Source: Octopus vulgaris (taxonomy: Eukaryota). From it: 64,000 nucleotides of DNA. The first letter of the stretch is position 1. Each line of letters starts with the position of its first letter. Below, piece after piece: positions 27,386 to 41,423 of this stretch. A program made the translations under genes and the position numbers. Below the pieces are notes generated by a model. It did no database searches. It worked only from the letters and a program-made list of their open reading frames with translations, and was not told where the DNA came from. The stretch covers positions 8,680,001-8,744,000 of the forward strand of contig OX597828.1 of the NCBI GenBank assembly GCA_951406725.2, read 5' to 3'.

Positions 27386-28249
27386 GATACTAGATGTATG
27401 TTAGTATGGGTAGAGGTACGTAGCCATCTGGAGTTTATTTTTAATGCTAGTAGGAACAACGTCAGCTGTAGAACCATTGTCTAAGTTATATGTGTTAAGA
27501 TGCGGGATGCGATATAGTTTATAAGAGAGAGTGATTGTATAAAATGTTGGCTTGCATATTGGTATGATTTTAGTTTGCTACGATCACAAGTTTTGTGGAA
27601 AATATTCCCTTTCCCTATTCCAATTATATTTTTGAATCAAGAGAAGTACACGCACCAAAGAGAGGAAAAACCTAGATATATTGTTTAATGTTTAGTAATA
27701 TAGATTGTGTTGTTCACCATTATATTCAAATTCTCGTGTTGTCTGCGAAACATTCACGATTTATGCACAATATTGAGCACTCTCTGTGACAGATTTATGC
27801 AACAAATAGATGCAACATTGATTGTATTATGTATATATTAAAGGCTACGGTATTCATATAAATGACATGAAATATTTCAAGCACTATCTTTGGATAGTGG
27901 CTGTCGGATTATCTAATAAAGAAATACGATATTAGTTGGAGTAGAAATGTTTCTTTATACCAGTAAAGCATTATCGATCAAATTTACACAAGGACTGCAG
28001 TTGTTCTGCGGTATATTCAATAACGAAATTATTTAGCAAGAGATATATACGAGGTTCGACTCTTGTAAGTGTACTGTTGTATTGCCTTAGATACTTATGA
28101 ATCCAACGATTGTCTTATATAGATAAACTTGCACATACATTTGCAAATATACACATATACATACACATACGTGCACATGCATACACACACGCACACACAC
28201 GCACAAACGCACACACAAATACACACACATACACACACATGCAAACACA

Positions 28250-28295
<46 letters not shown>

Positions 28296-29279
28296 GAATA
28301 TATCGATATCGTCGAATTATCTTCCAAGGAAGAAATTAAGTTTTTGACACCATGTAACTCCTTCGAAAATATAAGGAAGAAATTTTGAAACCAGTCGAGC
28401 ATTCGTGCATTATCCATATAATCACAAAGTAAACGGTGAATATATGAAAATAAAACGACACAACAATTTGTAAATTAGGATAATTATTTTCAATTAACTA
28501 TAGAAAGAGAATAGCTTGACCAACTGTAATTTTAAAAACTTAGTCGAAACCCAATTACATAAATATATCATATATAAACCTTATATCTCAATTTATATAC
28601 ATAACTAAGCTCAGCCGAACGGCAGCGCTGTCGTCATTAAGTGCTTCAACATTGTAGAACATATACTGTTTTGCACTTACCTTCATTCTGTATGTGTTGA
28701 CTTTTACCGAATTTTGTCTAAATCTCTTCTCGAAAAACCTAGGCTTGAGAGAAAAATGTATTATTGTTATGGTCCTCATTGCCAAATATCTTGCTAGAGC
28801 CTACTGAGTAGCTAAAGGCAACATAAGGTTCGAGGGATCTAAAGATTGATGGAGGTTTCAATACTGTTGAGCAGTTCATCATAGACAGTATCACATATAC
28901 TCAATTGCTTTCGGCTGTACAAATTCGATGGTCGAACGATTTCAGGCTGCAAGAATGGCCAAGCTTCGGTTCGATTTAGAAAAGACCATAACAGAATTTT
29001 GAAGGAATTCTACTTGAACGTCATAAAAATTCCTCTGATGTGAGCAAAACCTAAAAATCTCTCTCATGAGCTAAGATTTTCAAAAGAAACCAGTATTACA
29101 CTTTATAGTTGAACTAAGATTATGAAGGGAATCTAATTTTTATTCAATCTGTGAATGAAAGATTTAAATTCCATAAAAATATTTCCTCGTACACAGCACA
29201 CAATACACAACTTCAGCACCACTACATTTAGCAATTCTTCTTATGATGATAATACTTTCATACCATAATCTATGATATA

Positions 29280-30569
29280 CGAGGGACGTTCAATAAGTAA
29301 TGCCCCTGACCCACTTCCCATAGCAGTAGAGCAACGAAACTTGGAACAGTTATTAGTCTTTTTCTACATAGGAACCACCCAGAGTTACGCATTTCTTCCA
29401 TCGCTTGATGCAGCTCTGAAGACCGTTTTTGTAGAAGACCCCAGCTTGGTCCTCCAACCACGACGTGACTTCAGAAATCAAGGCTGCATCATCTGGGAAA
29501 CGCTTTCCTTTCAAAAACAACTTCATGGCTGGGAAGAGGTGAAAATCAGAGGGTGCAAGGTCAGGAGAGTAGGGGGGATGGGGGATGAGTTCATAGCCGC
29601 ACGCATGTGCTTCTGATCTGGCGACACGCGAGTTGTGGACCGGAGCGTTGTCCTGCAGGAGGAGGATCACTTTGCTGATCTTGCCCCGCCTCTTGATTTT
29701 GATAGCTTCTCTTAATTTCCTCAAAAGTGAAGCATAATAGGCTCCTGTAATTGTGGCACCCTTTGCCAGGAAATCTGTCTTCACTACTCCGTCCTGGTCC
29801 CAGAAGACTGTCAGCATGACCTTGCCAGCGGAGGGCTGCACCCTTGCCTTCTTTGGAGGAGGTGAGTCACGGTGCTTCCACTGCATTGACTGGGCTTTGG
29901 TCTCTGGATCATAGTGATGGACCCAGATTTCATCCTATGCAATCAGTCTTTTGAAAAATTTTGACTCATCTTCTTGGCACATCTCCAAATTCATCCTCGA
30001 GCAATCGACGCGTTCTTGCTTCTGGAAAGGTGTGAGCAACCTGGGAATCCATCTGGCAGACACCTTTTGCATATGCAAATGGTCATGAATGATAGTTTCC
30101 ACAGACCCGGTACTAATCTTGACCTCATGGGCTATTTGGCGAATAGTTATACGTCGATCTTCCAAAATGGCAGTTTCAACTTGACAGACAGTTGCCTCAT
30201 CAATGGCAGAAGGGGGCGACCAGATCTGGGAGCTGTTTCCACAGAGTTCCGACCATCTTTGAATTCACGATGCCAGCGTTTTACAAGGTCATATGATGGG
30301 GCATCATCACCATAAGTTACTTTCATTTCATCAAAAGTCTCCCGTGGTGTGCGTCCTTTCAAATACAAAAACCGGATCACTGCTCGACACTCAACATGCT
30401 CCATTTCACACTTGACTCAGTTCAAACACCTGTAAATCGGAAACCACAATTAGTTCAGAGCTAATTTGCTACTTAATCTATAGAGATATAAATAATTGCA
30501 CATGCAAAATTTCAGCTAGATCAAACAACTGCAAGTGAATCAGGGGCATTACTTATTGAACGCCCCTCG
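29280..30569 (-). mobile_element. Full-length mariner element, 1290 bp
   Basis: About 30 bp TIRs cgagggacgttcaataagtaatgcccctga / tcaggggcattacttattgaacgcccctcg, TA on both flanks. Confidence 0.95.
29353..30404 (-). pseudogene. Mariner DD34D transposase with one frameshift (about 30210) and one stop (29935-29937)
   Basis: RSGRP, WIPRLL, *DESWVHHYDPE, QDNAPVH...YSPDLAPSD with 34 residues between the last two Asp. Confidence 0.93.
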
Positions 30570-31356
30570 TACAACCATGCAGTCTATACACCAAGCACAC
30601 AAAATTTAACAGGAATGAATCATCAAATTTTCCATGTACCGCAACTAATATAAGGATTTGAATTACAGAGCAGCGTAGAATTCATTTTTTTCCAATACAT
30701 TGTTCAGACGTTCAGCTGTGACCACACTGGTGTAACTTCTTAGTCGATCAAATACACCTGCAACTTATTTAATCGCTTGTCTAACCACTCAGTTACCAGG
30801 ACATAATGAAAGCACACTGGGTGTCGATGGAACAACACAAAGACATATACAGATTATATATACATACATACTTACACACACACACACACAGATATATATA
30901 TATATATATATACATATATATGTATATATACAAACGTAACCACACACATGAGCGACGAGCTTCATTCGGCTTTTGCACGACCGAGCGTTATAGCAGAATT
31001 CACTTAGCCAAGGTACTAGGAACGGCAAATAAAATTAAAACCCAGTTTAACATATGTGTTCAATTATGTCGAAAGACAAATAGACATCTACATTTTTGAG
31101 GTACGCTATATCTCATTCAGAATAAGTAACCTATAATATCGTATAAAGGAACTCACTATGTTACAACGAAAGCAACATAATCATCATCATTATAACTAAA
31201 TGTATAATTTGAAAACAGAAGTGGGATACATGTAGTATATAACAACATGCATTCCGTTTCTAGAAATAGGAGATTTATATCAGAACCAGAACTAGTATTT
31301 CTATCAATTCACGTAACGTTTGAATGCATGAAATATGAAAAATCACAATTTACATA

Positions 31357-31458
<102 letters not shown>

Positions 31459-31472
31459 TATAAATATATATG

Positions 31473-31505
<33 letters not shown>

Positions 31506-31797
31506 ATATAACACGCTGATATATGACCTACATTGGACCACTTATTCGCATAATCACAGAAAACTGGAGCTTAACTATGGTCTATTCATACCACTTATTC
31601 AGCATTACCTGACACCCCACCGTCGCTTGGCAATCGATGTTGGTGTGTTTACGTCTCCATATTCGATGGTTGAACGATTTCAGGCTGCAAGAATGGTCAA
31701 ACTTCGGTTCGATTTAGAAAAGACCTAAACAGAAGTTTCAAGGAATTCTATTGGAACGTCATACAAATTCTTCAGTGCTACAGCATGGCCATAATCT

Positions 31798-31970
31798 TGA
31801 CTATAGCCATGCTGGAGCACTGCCTTCAGCCTAATAAATCGACTCTAGAACTTATTCTTTGTATGCCTAGTATTTATTCTATCAGGTTCTTTTACCCAAC
31901 CGTTATGGGTACATAAACACACCAACATCAATTGACAAGCGACGGTGAGGTGCCAAACACAGACACACAA

Positions 31971-32041
<71 letters not shown>

Positions 32042-32207
32042 AATATATATATATACGACTAGCTTTCAGTTTCCCTCTACCAAATCGACGACAAGGCTTT
32101 GGTAAACACGAGGCTATAGCAGAAGACACTAGCCGAAGGTGCCCCGCAGTGGTATTGAACCCGGAACGATGTGGCTGGGAAGCAAGCTTCTTACCACACA
32201 ACCACTC
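31798..32207 (-). mobile_element. OR-like SINE with internal microsatellite
   Basis: Colinear with 17423-17888. Confidence 0.8.
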
Positions 32208-32983
32208 AATTATATATATATATATATATATGTGTGTGTCTGTGTATGTTTGTGTGTGAGTATGTTTGTGTCGTTGTGTGTGTGTGGGGGTTTGTGTGTA
32301 TGTGTGTGTGTGTGTGTGCTTATAGTGATTTCTTTCATGCACAATGCACACCAGTAAAACCATACACGTACACACACTTACAGAAAAGCGTACGCACAGA
32401 AATACATAAAAACACCAGTAAGTATAAAAGTGCACGGCGGTGCCTAGACAAAAGTAGGCGCACAGTAATCGTACACCTTTCAGAAGTGGTTGAAAACTGT
32501 GATTAAAATTTAAAGGTCTATAAACATTTATGTGAGGCTCTTAGAAATTTTAACCCTATTTGAAGATTAGTCTTTTAATAATATTTCTAGAGTTAATCTT
32601 GATATCGACAGGTGTTTCTTCCTCATTTCATTCATTTATATTAGATATTTTTATACACATTTTCAAACTGTTTTCAGTTGTTTTCTTGTTTGCTATCTCA
32701 ATATATCTCAAGAACCTTTGGATGGATTCGGGTGGAACTTTCAAGGATGTTTGGCCCCGTGACTGGCACGAAAGGATTAAATTTTGTCATCCATCCGGTA
32801 CCAGACAAGGATTCTGGATTATATTTCCTATTTTTAAAAATATATTTTTGAGATCGCTCGGGTTCATTTTTAGTATTCTTGTTTGTGAGAGCAGTCGAGT
32901 TTATTTTAGATATTCTCATTTTAAAAACCATCTCCGGCTAATCGTTGAGAAGACGTTGGTATTGTTGTTGGTGTTTTATTTGA

Positions 32984-34605
32984 GTCAGTTGAGTTCGATG
33001 AGTGTACGCTCCATGTGAGTACTGTTATTGTTTAATTGTTGAATTGTTGGGTTGTTATCCGTTGAACTTATTGTTACCGTTTTTAATTTTCTTTCCCATT
33101 TATGGGTGAAGTTGTGAACAATATGGAAGGTACACCATTTCAAGCGGGCAGTTATGCTGCGGTGACTGGCAAAAACCTGTCAGCTGAGGTACTGCAAGTT
33201 AAAGAAATTAAGTTAAAGGAGAAAAATTTTAAGAAATATAAAAAAGTTTTGAGAAAGAAGGGAGATAGCCTGAGTTTGACGCCTCATAAAGAAGTGTTAG
33301 AAAAACGGAGAAGGAAACTATTGTATGCAAAACATTGAATATTACAACAAAAACGTTGGAAATAACTGCGGTGGAGGCGGTCGAGGAGTGCCGAAGGGAA
33401 ATTAAGAACGTAACGACGTACTACACCAGAAGAAGGAAATACGGCACAGGGGAGGTACGCTTCGTGAGTGAAGAAGAAGTGAGAAAATGCTCCACTGTGC
33501 CTTTGAGATCAGCAGAGAGGGCACTACTAACGACTTACAGTGGCAAACGTGCGGCCAGTGTAAGCATAGGTAGATTTCACCCAGAAACTGATGAGGCGTG
33601 GCTGTTAGCAGCCATCCCCTTCAACATAGGGGAGGACACTGATATATTGAAAATATCAAGAAGTACATAGGTGAACTGTTGGGGTATGTACTAGAGGTAT
33701 TGGTCCTTATAAGCTTGCCAGACATCCACAAGATTGCGGAAGAACTGATACTGCCTGACGAAGCAAGGTTGAGAATAGTGGTGGAAGGAAGACCACCCGT
33801 ATGTTTTCTATGTGGAGTAAGGGGATACATGGAAGCTAAGTGTCCCCAGAAATATGAACAAGAGGAGACAGGGAAGGAACATCAGGTAGAAGAGGGTGCA
33901 ACCGTGGAGGAGGAGAAAATGGAAGTGCAATGTACAGTGGTAAGAAGAAAGAAGAGTAATTACTCACCACCAAAACCTCCGAGAAAGAAAAGAAAGGCAA
34001 GTGGAAAAGAGAAGCAACATGAAAAACAAGAGGGAACACACGAGAAGAGAAAAAAATGAAAAGACAACAAAAGTAAGTGAGGAACAAACACAGAATAAGA
34101 GAAGACAGAGACAGAAATGCCAGCGGCAGAGGAGGGAATTGGTGAGGAGAGAAGAAGAGTGACACCCAAAAGGAAATAAACATAGGAACAATGGGGCAAT
34201 ACCCAAAAGTGCAGAGATACAGAAAAAAATTGCCAAGATGAAGAACGTTATCAGAGTGAAATTAGCGGCCAAAGAGTGTAATGAAGGTTTTAAAGCTGTT
34301 TTTGTTGAAAAAAGAAAGAGGAGAGAAACTGAAGGAGTTGTTAGGTGAAAGAGTGGAGATGACAGGAATAGAAATTGGTTTCGACGAATTGCCGCCGGTG
34401 GTGATCTTCGAAGAGTATATGTTATAAACCAATAGATAGAAGACCGATATGAACTGTTCATTTAAAAACAGTGAAATGGAACTACCTGCTTTTGGGGTGT
34501 AGGTAAGCATTTTCATTCCCATTTTCATGATATCTATAATTCATTCGATTTGTGTTTCTATGTACTCCAATGTAATGAGGCCTTGTGCCTGACTAAAGAA
34601 ATAAG
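32984..34605 (+). mobile_element. Non-LTR element with a decayed Tx1/L1-type ORF1 (33102 to about 34430) and no visible ORF2
   Basis: SYAAVT, LRIVVEGRPPVCFLCGVRGYMEAKC (gag-type zinc knuckle, H to Y), K/E-rich tail, ends ggccttgtgcctgactaaagaaataag. Confidence 0.6.
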
Positions 34606-34882
34606 GACGTTCGTGTTGCCTTGGCGGAGTTTTGCGCTCTATGATCGCTCTTGTTATATCTACTTTAACTGTTACATATGTATCTTATCTCTTCCTGCTT
34701 TTTATTTACGTTAAGGATAGTTATTTTTTAAAATTTCTCCCGAACACCTTAACTGATATGAAGCATCATATCACAATTTTTACTGATCTGATCAAATTAA
34801 TCTTATCTTGTCTCTGCCTTCCATTGTATATATACAGAGGAAGTTTTGTTTATACTTACAGTTGAATCGTTCCTATAACCAC

Positions 34883-35043
34883 GATATTCTGGCGATCTGA
34901 TGAGCTAGCTTTATGTATATGTATTGATTTAAGAATACAAAATTCTATTGTAGAATGCCTAGCAGGCTTATGAAGCATAATCCTTTCAACTATGAAATTC
35001 TATATGAAGAAGGTTGCGAAACATACGTAACCACAAGAATGTC
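34883..35043 (+). ncRNA. Degenerate type I hammerhead motif with about 100 nt in loop II, in a pLTR-like context
   Basis: CTGATGA at 34897, GAAAC atac GTA at 35018; gctagct/aggttgc stem II; gatattct/agaatgtc distal stem I; aataaa downstream. Confidence 0.5.
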
Positions 35044-35353
35044 AATTGGTTAAATAAATATATATGCACCTCTAATATATTTATCCTAACTTTATATACT
35101 TATGTATGTTCGGGGCAGGACATTGGTTGTTTAAGTAGATAATGATGATATATTTACAAACGTCTCACTTATTTTTAGTACGTATCAATATAATGCACAT
35201 TAAGTTCCATTGATATTTTTCGCTGATATCTTCTGAGAGAATTTGTCTCGATGCTGTGAATTAATATCAGGTGAAATTTGAATGATGTGATATATTATCT
35301 GAGCTGTTCCTATTCTGACTATCGATACTGTTAGTCATGTAAAATACACATTA

Positions 35354-35735
35354 TTTACATTATTTAGAGTTGACGGATATTTGTCCTCATCTTGTTTGTT
35401 GTTAAAACAATGCTTCGGCTGATATACCTTCCAGCCTTCATCAGGTGTCCTGGGAGACTGAGACAATATCTCTACAGCTGACGTTGTTCCTACTAGTATC
35501 AAAGAATAAACTCCCGATGGCTACGATGCTCTACCCATACGATGCTCTACCCATACAAACATACATCTAATATTGAGCTCATTCTGATGTCATTATATAA
35601 AAAAAATTAAAAGCATACCTTAGGAATGAGAATCCAGGTTCGAAATTGAGGACAAGATGAGGACAAACATCTATCAAATGTAAATAATAAAAAATAATGT
35701 ACATAGTTCCGCATGTCTCAAATATAGAACTGTAC
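35354..35735. mobile_element. Penelope-type insertion with inverted partial pLTRs; hammerhead-like motif on minus at 35405-35448
   Basis: 35355-35395 is inverted relative to 35652-35690; flanked by 15 bp direct repeat gtaaaatacacatta (35339 and 35736); minus ACAC CTGATGA A GGCTG..CAGCC GAAG. Confidence 0.7.
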
Positions 35736-37134
35736 GTAAAATACACATTAACTAATGCATCCCCTTCTTGTATGATATTATATCGCTGGATTTGAGAATT
35801 ATTTGAACACCATATTTTGGAGGTTGATACACAATTGTCTTCCTTCTCTCGAAGAAAAGATGATGTAGCTGTGTGTTCTTGCTCATAGCTTTAGAAGCGA
35901 CTGCATGATCTGTAGGAATGTCAGAGGACTGTAGGAATGCCATAGGTAAATATGTTATGAGTATGGTGAAACTTGACATTTTACCGACAGCTACCCGCTA
36001 TCACTAAATGTTTTTGTTTATTGATAGGGTGCAGAATATCAATATTTGTTTTACAATCTGATATTAATAAGACGCACTTCTAATATTTTAATTGCATTGT
36101 TAATTAGTGTTTGTTTTTTGTATCTAAACTGATGCAAGGAAAATCGATATGATTCTTCTATGTTGAAATATATGAAACAATATCTGCTGCAGATAAATAA
36201 ACGACCACCTACACAGAAAATGCCGTAATAAATTATGGTTTTAGAGGAAACATGTTTTGGTAACATACAGTATCTCAGGAACAATGAAGCCGTATTTTGA
36301 TCCTGATAATTCTTTAATGGTATTCATATTTATGAGCGTGCGTCTGTGCATTAGAGAGAAAGAGAAATAAAATGAAAGCGAGAGAGTTGTGTGAATATCT
36401 GTGAATAGCTGTTTGTATGGATAAACGTACGCGTGTGCAACTTGAAGTAAATGTCCTTGGATTTCACGTTTATGGGCGTTCAATCGTTCGGCGGCTCGGA
36501 AGCTTCTGGAATCGGATGAAACATTATGTTATTGAGCATTCATTACGTTTGTCGTGGCCTGACACCATGCAACTGCAATGAATATCAGTGGAAGAGGCAA
36601 ATCTGTGAATAATTGGTGGCTCATTATAAACAACGGGACCCTGATTAAAAATATCGCACTAAGGAAACGACTAAGGAGAACATTATAATAAGTTATACAG
36701 AGATACTTATACACACTTACTAACATAATATTTATATGAATTATACAATATCGCTGGTGTAAGCCAAAGAAATAACAGCGTAAAAGAGGAAAATTTGTAT
36801 ACGATTGTAAGGTATGTGAGAGCTAGATAGAGAAAGACACAAAAAGCGTGACAATATTCCTTTTAAAGTAATAGTCAATTGATTTGTATTTTTCTAATCA
36901 CTTTATAAAATACGAAGCATATCATGGCTGGCACAATCTGCTCATCATCACTCTGACTTCACAGCTTACGGTTCTCTTTCTTTCTAACATATTTTCATTT
37001 AATCTTCCCCTGTCTTATTTTCTGCATACCTCACGCACACACACACATACATATATATGTACAAACGTTTACATGTATATACATACACACCCAGGAACGT
37101 CTGTCTGTCTATCTATCAATCTATCTATCTATCG

Positions 37135-37237
<103 letters not shown>

Positions 37238-37288
37238 AATATACATATTTATCGACATATATATGTATGTATATGTGTGTATACAGGA

Positions 37289-37367
<79 letters not shown>

Positions 37368-37943
37368 AGTGTGTGTGTGTGTATTCCTTACCAATTTGTT
37401 TATCTTAAATTTTCAGTCAGTTTCTCCTCATAATTCACATCTGAGTTCCTTCTTATATATAAAGCTACAAACTCACACTTCGCATTAATATACGTATTTA
37501 TATACACATGCACATATGTACATATACATATACACTCATACGCATACATGTATATACATATATACGTGTTTGTGTGTATCGGTGTATCGGTGGGTCTAGT
37601 GTTTCTGAGACTGTGTTTTGAATGTGTGTGCTTGTGTGTGTTTTTAGTCTGTACTGTATGACAAAACGTCTATACTTAGCTGACACATTTTGCATTTTAC
37701 CATTTCCTCTTCAGAGATTATCTGGAATTGACAGGACAATATATGGATCCATTTTTAATACCGCAGATTAAAAGGCAGCTGAAGATTCTTGATTCCATTT
37801 ATCCAACCCACATCTCACACCCACCTATAGGTTACGGCTAACGTCTTGCAATTCTGACTAAAGTTTTGACTTTGACAGGTGACTATGCCACAGGCTAAGC
37901 TTTGTTCAATTTATTAATTACGGAAAATATTCTATATATGCTT

Positions 37944-38003
<60 letters not shown>

Positions 38004-38124
38004 TATGCATTCATACATTCGTATACACATAATATATACATATGCATAAAATATATGTACGTATATATGCGCGCGTGTGTGCATGTACATCTGTGTGCGT
38101 GTGTGTGTTGAGTGTGCGTAAGTG

Positions 38125-38195
<71 letters not shown>

Positions 38196-38268
38196 GAATA
38201 TAAATATATATCAATACACGAATAAATATGGCAACTTCGATATAAATGTAAGAATGTATGCATGCGTG

Positions 38269-38310
<42 letters not shown>

Positions 38311-38345
38311 AATATAAACGCACCCTCCAAATATGGATATATATG

Positions 38346-38424
<79 letters not shown>

Positions 38425-38490
38425 TATATATATATGTATGTGTATATGTATGTGTATATGTGTCTATATACATATATATATTTATACATC

Positions 38491-38542
<52 letters not shown>

Positions 38543-39190
38543 TATATACATATATATATATATATATTTACACACACACATACACACACACATATATATA
38601 AGTACGTCTGTATGCATGTATGTATTTAGATATAAACCCACGTACGCACGCACTTACAGAAAGGCAAAACGACACAGAAACCTACTCGTCAGTGTGTATA
38701 TATTCGCGTATGCGCGCCTTGCACTCATTCCGAATCAGTTAAATATTAGACAGTAGTACACATTTATTGACTTGTAACTATGATTTTAATATACAAATCT
38801 ATGCTGGGTACGTAATTTTGTTTTTTAAAACTATAATGATATGTGCAGGAAGATTTTAATGTTATGCATAATTATAAATTTCGTCAACCGTTTTGCATGA
38901 TACATACACACGTACACGTGCATATGCATTGCCTAAGTCAGAAGAGTATTTATCGTATTATCATATTTACAGTTCATATCTTTTATTTTATTTCAAATTT
39001 GTTTCCGTATACTTCTATTAATACTACTATTTTTTGTTTCATCGTGAAATGTTGACAGAAAATCCAATCTTCTAAATAAAGCACTATATATGTGTGTACG
39101 TGTTTTTGTGTATGTGTTCGTGTGTGTACGTGCTTGAGTGTCCTTGTGTGTATGTGTGAGTGTGTGTGTGTATTCTCTTTACTCATTCAC

Positions 39191-39594
39191 TCTTTTACTT
39201 TTTTCAGTCATTTGACTGTGGCCATGCTGGAGCACCGCCTTAAGTCGAGCAAATCGAACCCAGCATTTATTCTTTGCAAGCCTAGTACTTATTCTATCGG
39301 TTTCTTTTGTCGAACCGCTAAGGTACGGGGACGTAAACACACCAGCATCGGTTGTCAAGCTATGTTGGTAACATAAACACACACATACATATACACACAT
39401 ATGCATACACGCACACACATATACATATATACGACGGACTTCTTTCAGTTTCCGTCTACCAAATCCACTCACAAGGCTTCGGTTGGCCCGAAGCTATAGT
39501 AGAAGACACTTACCCAAGGTGCCACGCAGTGGGACTGAACCTGGAACCATGTGGTTCGTAAGCAAAGTACTTACCACACAGCCAATCCTACGCC
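39191..39594 (-). mobile_element. Full-length OR-like tRNA SINE
   Basis: Colinear with 17423-17888; B-box-like ggttcagtccc. Confidence 0.88.
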
Positions 39595-40574
39595 TATTCA
39601 CATAGATTTATAGTTTTTAGCCCCCGCGATACAAGCACCGACACAATGAGAGCACATTTGTTACATCAACCCTTCTGTGTAAACCCAACTCTGAGATGCC
39701 ATTGACGCTTGGCATGTGTATTTTTAACGGCAACGCTCCTTTTGTTCGCCGATTGTTTAGCAGATCCACATTGATTTATCTTCCAGCATTTGGAGATGTG
39801 TTCCGTATTTGTGAAAATTGTGTTGTTATGTGTCTCAGAAGATAGTATACAAATATCGGATCTGCTGACGGTGACTCACATGCTACATTTGTTGGGTATT
39901 ACCTGGTAACCTACAAAGGTACAAAAACAGCAAACCTAGTCAAAAATGAGGAAATTTCCTAGTAGTTTCATATGTGGTCTTCTTCGTAGATTTGCCTTCA
40001 GACTGTGGATGAAGTAGCTTCGTTGAAATAAAATAATTGCATTAAAGATATATTGGTATATTTCTCTTAATTTTTTTGGTTTTCAATCAAGACTTTACCA
40101 GGTGAAGAAGCTCGATATTTCTCATTTCGAAGTGCTTTAAAGATATCGCTGTTTGGGTGATTTAATTGGCAGTTTCACTGAAATTCCTTCGATAAAGATT
40201 TGAATCTGTAAATAAAATATTTTACTGGTTACAAAAAAAAAAAAAAAGATCTTAGTAATTTTGCTTCTCTGCTCGCTGCTTACGACAGAAATTGGTGTTA
40301 ATTTCTTTGACGTCTTCTGCGATGATTTTCCTTCAAAAGCCGAATTGCATAAGGTATTTATCAGAATTTTGGAGTTTGTGAGTGAGACATAAATGTGCTT
40401 TCATGCAGCTAAATATCTCATGTATCTTATTACCTGCTTCACGCTAGGATGCAAGGTTTCAGATGTCATTCTAAGGCCATCGCAACAGAAATATGGAAAC
40501 ATCAATAAGAATAAATCTGGTACCAATCTAGATGGAATAATATCGTTTCTTCTTCTTCTTCTTCTGATTAAGGC

Positions 40575-40740
40575 GATTATATCGACCCCAGTGCGTAACT
40601 GTTACTTATATTTAATCGACCCCGAAAGTATGAAAGGCAAAGTCGACCTCGGCGGAATTTGAACTCAGAACGTAACGGCAGACGAGATACAGCTACGGAT
40701 TTCGCCCAGCGTGCTAACGTTTCTGCCAGCTCGCCGCCTT
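40575..40740 (-). mobile_element. Nin/Deu-like tRNA SINE, young-looking, 3'-truncated
   Basis: Minus aaggcggcgagctggcagaaacgttagcacg...gagttcaaattccgccgaggtcgactttgcctttcat. Confidence 0.85.
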
Positions 40741-41380
40741 AGACAATGCGGAGAATATCATTCGATGAATATCATGCGATGGCTATCATGAGAAAAATAT
40801 AATTCCATGTTTAACAACTTGTTTTAGGGAAACTTCTCTCAAATTTTATATTTATCTTTTCATATATTAAATTGTGTGGGTTGATCTATGTAAGATAGTA
40901 GAGAAAGAAACATAGTTGTTTCTCGCGATACACATCAATACATACATCTAAACAAAAATTGTTTTAGGACTCTTAAAATACTATTGTGGATAAAATTTAC
41001 TGCCTTGTTGCGCGGACCACCAAAATTTTTTTAATGGAACCTGATTAAAAACCAGTTCTGTAGAGTGAATAATATTAAGGCGAAATACCGAAAGAGCAAT
41101 TTCGGTAGGTCACAAATTTCACAGCGACCCAGTGGACGCGGGCAGTTCTTTATTAAAAACCAAGAGATTGGAAGATATCACAGGATAACGTTCAAGATGA
41201 TACGGAAACATCATCTAATATTTCATGTCCAAGTTGAAGAGAGCAATACAATCAATAGAAGAATGTATGCGATTTCTGGCCAGCAATATATAAGAACCTG
41301 TAAAGCTCTAGACGAAAACAATATACACACACAAATCAGACAAAAACCTAAGTACACGGGCATACACGCACACGCCAAAT

Positions 41381-41423
<43 letters not shown>

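Noticed and set aside
28855-28895. Minus ATGATGA actg-ctcaa-cagt attGAAA hammerhead-like motif
   Set aside because: Core and stems I/III do not fit
32560-33018. 152 aa hydrophobic plus-strand ORF
   Set aside because: T-rich antisense reading with no family motif
36480-36730. Complex sequence with a 65 aa hydrophobic ORF, possible exon
   Set aside because: No recognisable homology or convincing splice context
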